Positions 15,001 through 21,000 of a DNA stretch of 64,000 bases are shown here, one piece after another. Numbering within the stretch: position 1 is the stretch's first letter; every line of letters begins with the position of its first letter. The notes under the pieces were generated by a model that saw only the letters and a list, made by a program, of their open reading frames with translations, made no database searches and was not told the DNA's origin. The position numbers and the translations under genes were made by a program. Origin of the DNA: Gammaproteobacteria bacterium. GTDB lineage: Bacteria > Pseudomonadota > Gammaproteobacteria > Eutrophobiales > Eutrophobiaceae. The DNA is taken from assembly GCA_965221695.1 (NCBI GenBank), contig OZ244905.1, forward strand, positions 1,056,001 to 1,120,000, given 5' to 3'.

Positions 15001-18000
15001 GATACTTGGTAATGGTGTCGTCGTTCGGGTCGGTCCAGTTCAGAGTCGCCTGCGTATCACCGGCTGTCGCAGTCAGACCCGTCGGCGCAGCCGGTACCGT
15101 GGCGGTGGTGGTCGTGAATATGATCTTCTGATTGCCAATGGCGTGCTCAATGTGGAAGTCGTTGTCGCCCACGGTGTTGAGCACGGTGCCAGTGAACGTC
15201 ACTTCGTCACCTGTCGGGTCGTAGATGTCCCCGGTGAGATTGGCTTTGTCTACGAACAGTAACTTTCTGTAAGTGTTGAACCGGAGACTGAATTCGTAGT
15301 TGTAGTTGCTCAGGTTGATAATTTCTTGGTTACCCGAGTACGAATTCAAACCAGTAGTTACGATATTTGGGAGCGAGTTATAACGGCTTATCGGTGTGGT
15401 ATTGTCAGATGGCGTTGCAAAAATCTGCCATTTCTCAAATTCCTGATTAAATAGGACATATCCCACAGACGTCACTAGCGTCGGCACCGTATCTCCCGCA
15501 GGACTGAAACCCGAAACATCCAAACTACCCGAGGCGGCAATAGTCACAGTGCTGCCATCATCGGAGAACGTGAACGTCAGCGTACGTGCCGGGGTCGGCG
15601 CGGTGGGCATCGCCGTCACCGTGGCCGAGGCATCGCTGTTGCCGGTCGCGTTCACCGCGCGGATTTCAAACGCATATTGCGTGCCGTTGGTCAGGCCCGT
15701 TACGGTGTGGGTCTTGGTCTCGTCGTCGCTGCCGGTAATGTCCTCCCAGCTAGCAGTGGCGGGTACGGTAGACCCGGCGCCATAGCGCACCTGGTACTTG
15801 GTGATGCTGGTGTTTTGCGGGTCGGTCCAATTGAGCGTCACCTGCGTGTCGCCTGCTGCCGCAGACAGGCCCGTGGGCGCGGCCGGGGCCGGCAGCGTTG
15901 GCGTGGCCGTGGCCGTCGCCGCAGTACTGTTGCCGGCGGTGTTGGTGGCGCGTACGGCAAACGTGTAACCCGTGCCGTTGGTCAGGCCCATGGCCGTGTA
16001 GGTCGTGGCTGTTGCGGCCAGGTCAGTCCACGTATCGGTGTTGTCATTAAACGGCAGGTCGGCGGTGGCCTTGTAGCGGACCTGGATGTTGGTAATCGTG
16101 CTGGCGTTGGTCGGGTTGGTCCAGGTCAGGGTGACCTGGGCGTTGCCCGCCGTTGCCGTCAGGCCAGTCGGGGCGTCGGGTATCGCCAGCGCAGGGGTGG
16201 CCGTGACCGTGGCCGACGCATCACTGTTGCCGGTCACATTGACTGCGCGAATCTCGAATGCGTATTGGGTGCCGTTGGTCAGGCCCGTTACTATGTGGCT
16301 GGTGGTCGTGGCACCACTGCCGGTAATGTCGTCCCAGGTGGCGGTGGCGGGCACGGTGGACCCGGCGCCGTAGCGTACCTGGTACTTGGTGATGGTGTCG
16401 TCGTTCGGGTCGGTCCAGTTCAGAGTCACCTGCGTATCACCGGCTGTCGCAGTCAGACCCGTCGGCGCTGCCGGTACTGTAGCGGTGGTGGTCGTGAATA
16501 TGATCTTCTGCGTGCCAATCGCGTGCTCAATGTGGAAGTCATTGTCCCCAAGAGTTCCGGACAGTGTGCCGGTGAACGTCACATTCTTGCCCGTCAGGTC
16601 ATAAATGTTTCCGGTGAGATTGGCCTTGTCTATGTACAACCACTTAAAATTGGTGTCGAAATAGATAGCAAAATCGTGGCTGTAGTTGCTCAGGGTTTCG
16701 ATTTGCGCATTACCCGTGTAGGTGCTCGTGCCTGTGGTCACAAAGTTCGGGAGCGAGTCGTACCAGCTAAGTGGTGTGGTATCCAACTGAGGCATAATTT
16801 GCCATATCTCCGTATCGTCTATAAGCAGACCTCTGTATCCCTCAGCTTGCGGCGTGCTATCCAGGACATAATTGAAGCCCGAGACATCCAAACTGCCCGA
16901 AGCGGCAATGGTGACGGTAGTTCCATCATCGGAGAACGTGAACGTCAGCGTGCGTGCAGGGGCCGGCGCTCTCGGTGTGGCCGTGGCCGTCGCCCGAGTA
17001 CTGCTGCCGGCGGTGTTGGTGGCACGTACTTCGAAGGTGTAGCCGGTACCGTTGGTCAGGCTCGTGGCCGTGTAGGTCGTGGCCGTGCCGTCGTTGAGGT
17101 TGGTCCAGGTGTCGGTGGTGTCGTTGAAAGGCAGGTCAGCGGTGGCCTTCCAGCGGACCTGTATATCGCCAATCACGCTGGTATTGGTCGGCAGCGTCCA
17201 GGTCAGGGTGACCTGGGCGTTGCCCGCTGTTGCCGTCAGGCCGGTCGGGGCGTCGGGTATCGCCAGCGCGGGGGTGGCCGTCACCGTGGCTGACGCATCG
17301 CTGTTGCCGGTCACATTGACTGCGCGAATCTCAAATGCGTATTGGGTGCCGTTGGTCAGGTTGTCAACGGTGTGGGTCGTGGTCGTGGCGCCGCTGCCGG
17401 TGATGTCCTCCCAGGTGGCGGTGGCGGGCACGGTTGACCCGGCGCCGTAGCGCACCTGGTACTTGGTAATGGTGTCGTCGTTCGGGTCGGTCCAGTTCAG
17501 AGTCGCCTGCGTATCACCGGCTGTCGCAGTCAGACCCGTCGGCGCCGCCGGTACTGTGGCGGTGGTGGTCGTGAAGATGATCTTCTGCGTGCCAATCGCG
17601 TGCTCAATGTGGAAGTCATTGTCCCCAAGAGTTCCGGACAGTGTGCCGGTGAACGTCACATTCTTGCCCGTCAGGTCATAAATGTTTCCGGTGAGATTGG
17701 CCTGGTCCAATTCCAAGGTCTGATCCAAACTGTCGTTTCGAAAATAGATGCTGAAGTCGTGGCTGTAGTTGCTCAGGGTTGCGATTTCCCCATTACCCGT
17801 ATAGGTATTCAACCCGGTGGTTGTGATATTCGTGAACGAGTCATATTTGCTAATTGGTGTGGCGTCCAGGAGCTGCGGATGAATCTGCCATCTCTTCAGA
17901 TCGCCCAAAAATAGACCTGGGTACCCATCACTATTATTCAACGTCGTATTAAATGGATTACCGAAGTCGGAAACATCCAAACTGCCCGAAGCAGCAATGG

Positions 18001-21000
18001 TGATGGTAGTTCCATCATCAGAGAACGTGAACGTCAGCGTGCGTGCAGGGGCCGGCGCCCTCGGTGTGGCCGTGGCGGTGGCCGCCGTACTGTTGCCGGC
18101 GGTGTTGGTGGCGCGCACCGCAAACGTGTAATCGGTGCCGTTGGTCAGGCTTATCGCCGTGTAGGTGGTGGCGGTGGCAGCCAGGTTGGTCCAGGTGTCG
18201 GTATTGACAAACGGCAGGTCAGCCGTGGCCTTGTAGCGGACTTGCAGGTTGTCAAGCGTGCTGGCGTTGGTCGGGTTGGTCCAGTTTAAGATAACCTGGG
18301 TGTCACCGGCGGTGGCTGTCAGGTTCGTCGGTGCGTCGGGGGCAGACAAGGTCGGGGTGGCCGTGACCGTGTCCGAGTCCGGGCCGTTGGCGGCGCCGAC
18401 CACCGCGCGTATCTGGAACGCATACACCTGGCCGTTGGTCAGGTTGTCAACGGTGTGGGTCGTGGTCGTCGCGGTGGCGCCGGCGATGTCGGTCCAGGGG
18501 GTGGTGGCCGGTATGGTGTTGCCCTGGGCATAGCGCACCTGGTACCTGGTGATGGTACTGTCGTTCGGGTTGGTCCAGGTCAGCGTGACCTCGGTGTCGC
18601 CGGCAGCGGCAGTCAGATTAGTGGGCTTGGCCGGGGCCTCGTCCACATCGGTGACCGTCACCGTGTAGACGGCTGAGGTCACCGTGTTGGTGTTCGCATC
18701 CGTCGCCGTTAACGTGTACTCGTAAGTGTTGCCGGTGTCACTGTCGGTCGGGGTCTCAAAGTCCCGCGCCGCCAGGCTCACCCGCGCCCCGGTCTGACTC
18801 TGGTTCGCCGCCGGCAGCGTAAACTCGGCCGCATCCGCCCCGCCCAGTGTCCACGTGACCGCGCCCAGGGCGCCGGTCAAGGATGCATCCACCGTGTAAG
18901 CCTGGTTCTCGCTCACGCTGGCATCGGCCAGGCCCGTCAGCGTCAGTGTGGCGGGCTCATCGATATTGGTAATGGTGATGGCCACGTTCACCGTGTCGCT
19001 GTTGCCGTCATCGTCCGTCGCCGTTAACGTGTACACATAAATGTTATTGGCGTCGTTGTCCGTCGGGACCTCGAAGTCCTTGGCGCCCAGGGTTACGGTG
19101 GCGCCGGTGTTGCTCTGGTTCGACAGGGTAAAGCCGCTCGCATTGGCGTCGTCGCCGGTCAACGCCCAGGTGATGTTGCCCACCGGCGTGCCGGTCAAGG
19201 TCGCATTGCCGGTGTAGGCCGTATTCTCGGCCAAGTTGGCATCGGCCACACCGCCGAGGGTTAGCGTGGGCGTAATACGGATGTCGAACGTCAGCGTGGC
19301 CGTATCCCCGTCCGCATCGGTGGCGGTGTAGGTGTATTCGGTGGCCGCCTGCGGCGCGGTCGGCGTGCCGGTTAAGGTACGGGCGGTGGCGTCAAACGTC
19401 AGACCCGCCGGCGGGGTCGGCGTTAACGTGTACGCCAGTGTGCCGTCACCGCCGGTCGCTTGCGGCAGGTTCAGCGTGGTAATCGCCGTACCCTGCGGGT
19501 AGGTCTGGTCGGCAATGGTCTGCGTGCCGAAGCCCGGCAGCGCATTCGCGGTGACCGCGACCGTGGCCGTGAGGCCGGCGTAGTTGCCGCCGGTAGCGGC
19601 TAAGGTGAGGGTGGCGTTGCCGTTAGGTGACGGGTTGGCCGCCATGGTCACCGTGACCGTCTGTGCGGTGTTGTAGTTGGTGGCGCTGAACGTCAGCGAC
19701 GTCGGGTTGACCGTCACATTGGTGTTGTTGCTGGCCACGGTGATGGCGACCGCGGCGGTCGGGGCCGCGACCAGGGTCACATCAAAGGTGTTGCTGCCGC
19801 CCTCATCGACCACCAGGGTGGCCGGTGCGACGGTAATGGCCGGGTCCGGTCTGGGGGTGGCGGTGACCGTGTCCGAGTCCGGGCCGTTGACGGCGCCGAC
19901 CACCGCGCGTATCTGGAACGCATACACCTGGCCGTTGGTCAGGTTGTCAACGGTGTGGGTCGTGGTCGTCGCGGTGGCGCCGGCGATGTCGGTCCAGGGG
20001 GTGGTGGCCGGTATGGTGTTGCCCTGGGCATAGCGCACCTGGTACCTGGTGATGGTACTGTCGTTCGGGTTGGTCCAGGTCAGCGTGACCTCGGTGTCGC
20101 CGGCAGCGGCAGTCAGATTAGTGGGCTTGGCCGGGGCCTCGTCCACATCGGTGACCGTCACCGTGTAGACGGCTGAGGTCACCGTGTTGGTGTTCGCATC
20201 CGTCGCCGTTAACGTGTACTCGTAGGTGTTGCCGGCGTCACTGTCGGTCGGGGTCTCAAAGTCCCGCGCCGCCAGGCTCACCCGCGCCCCGGTCTGACTC
20301 TGGTTCGCCGCCGGCAGCGTAAACGCGCCCGCATCCGCCCCGCCCAGCGTCCACGTGACCGCGCCCAGGGCGCCGGTCAAGGACGCATCCACCGTGTAAG
20401 CCTGGTTCTCGCTCACGCTGGCATCGGCCAGGCCCGTCAGCGTCAGTGTGGCGGGCTCATCGACATTGGTAATGGTGATGGCCACGTTCACGGTGGCGAT
20501 GTTGCTGTCATCGTCCGTCGCCGTTAACGTGTACACATAAATGTTATTGGTGTCGTTGTCCGTCGGGACCTCGAAGTCCTTCGCTCCCAGCGTTACGGTG
20601 GCGCCGGTGTTGCTCTGGTTCGACAGGGTAAAGCCGTTCGCATTGGCGTCGTCACCGGTCAACGCCCAGGTGATGTTGCCCACCGGCGTGCCGGTTAAGG
20701 TCGCCGTGCCGGTGTAGGCCGTATTCTCGGCTTGGTTGGCATCAGTTACACCGCCGAGGGTTAGCGTGGGCGTAATACGGATGTCGAACGTCAGCGTGGC
20801 CGGGTCGCCGTCCGCATCGGTGGCGGTGTAGGTGTACTCGGTGGCCGCCTGGGGCGCGGTCGGCGTGCCGGTTAAGGTACGGGCGGTGGCGTCAAACGTC
20901 AGGCCCGCCGGCAGGGTCGGCGTTAAGGTGTACGTCAGTGTGCCGTCACCGCCACTGGCCTGCGGCAGGTTCAGCGTCGTAATCTGGGCGCCCTGCGGGT

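Noticed and set aside
13560-18045. Diversity-generating retroelement as the source of cassette variation
   Set aside because: No reverse transcriptase in the window; differences involve all bases and indels rather than adenine-only changes; all copies are in-frame coding.
80-18045. Shufflon/invertase-driven cassette switching
   Set aside because: All cassettes are co-oriented within one ORF; no inverted silent cassettes or site-specific recombinase seen.
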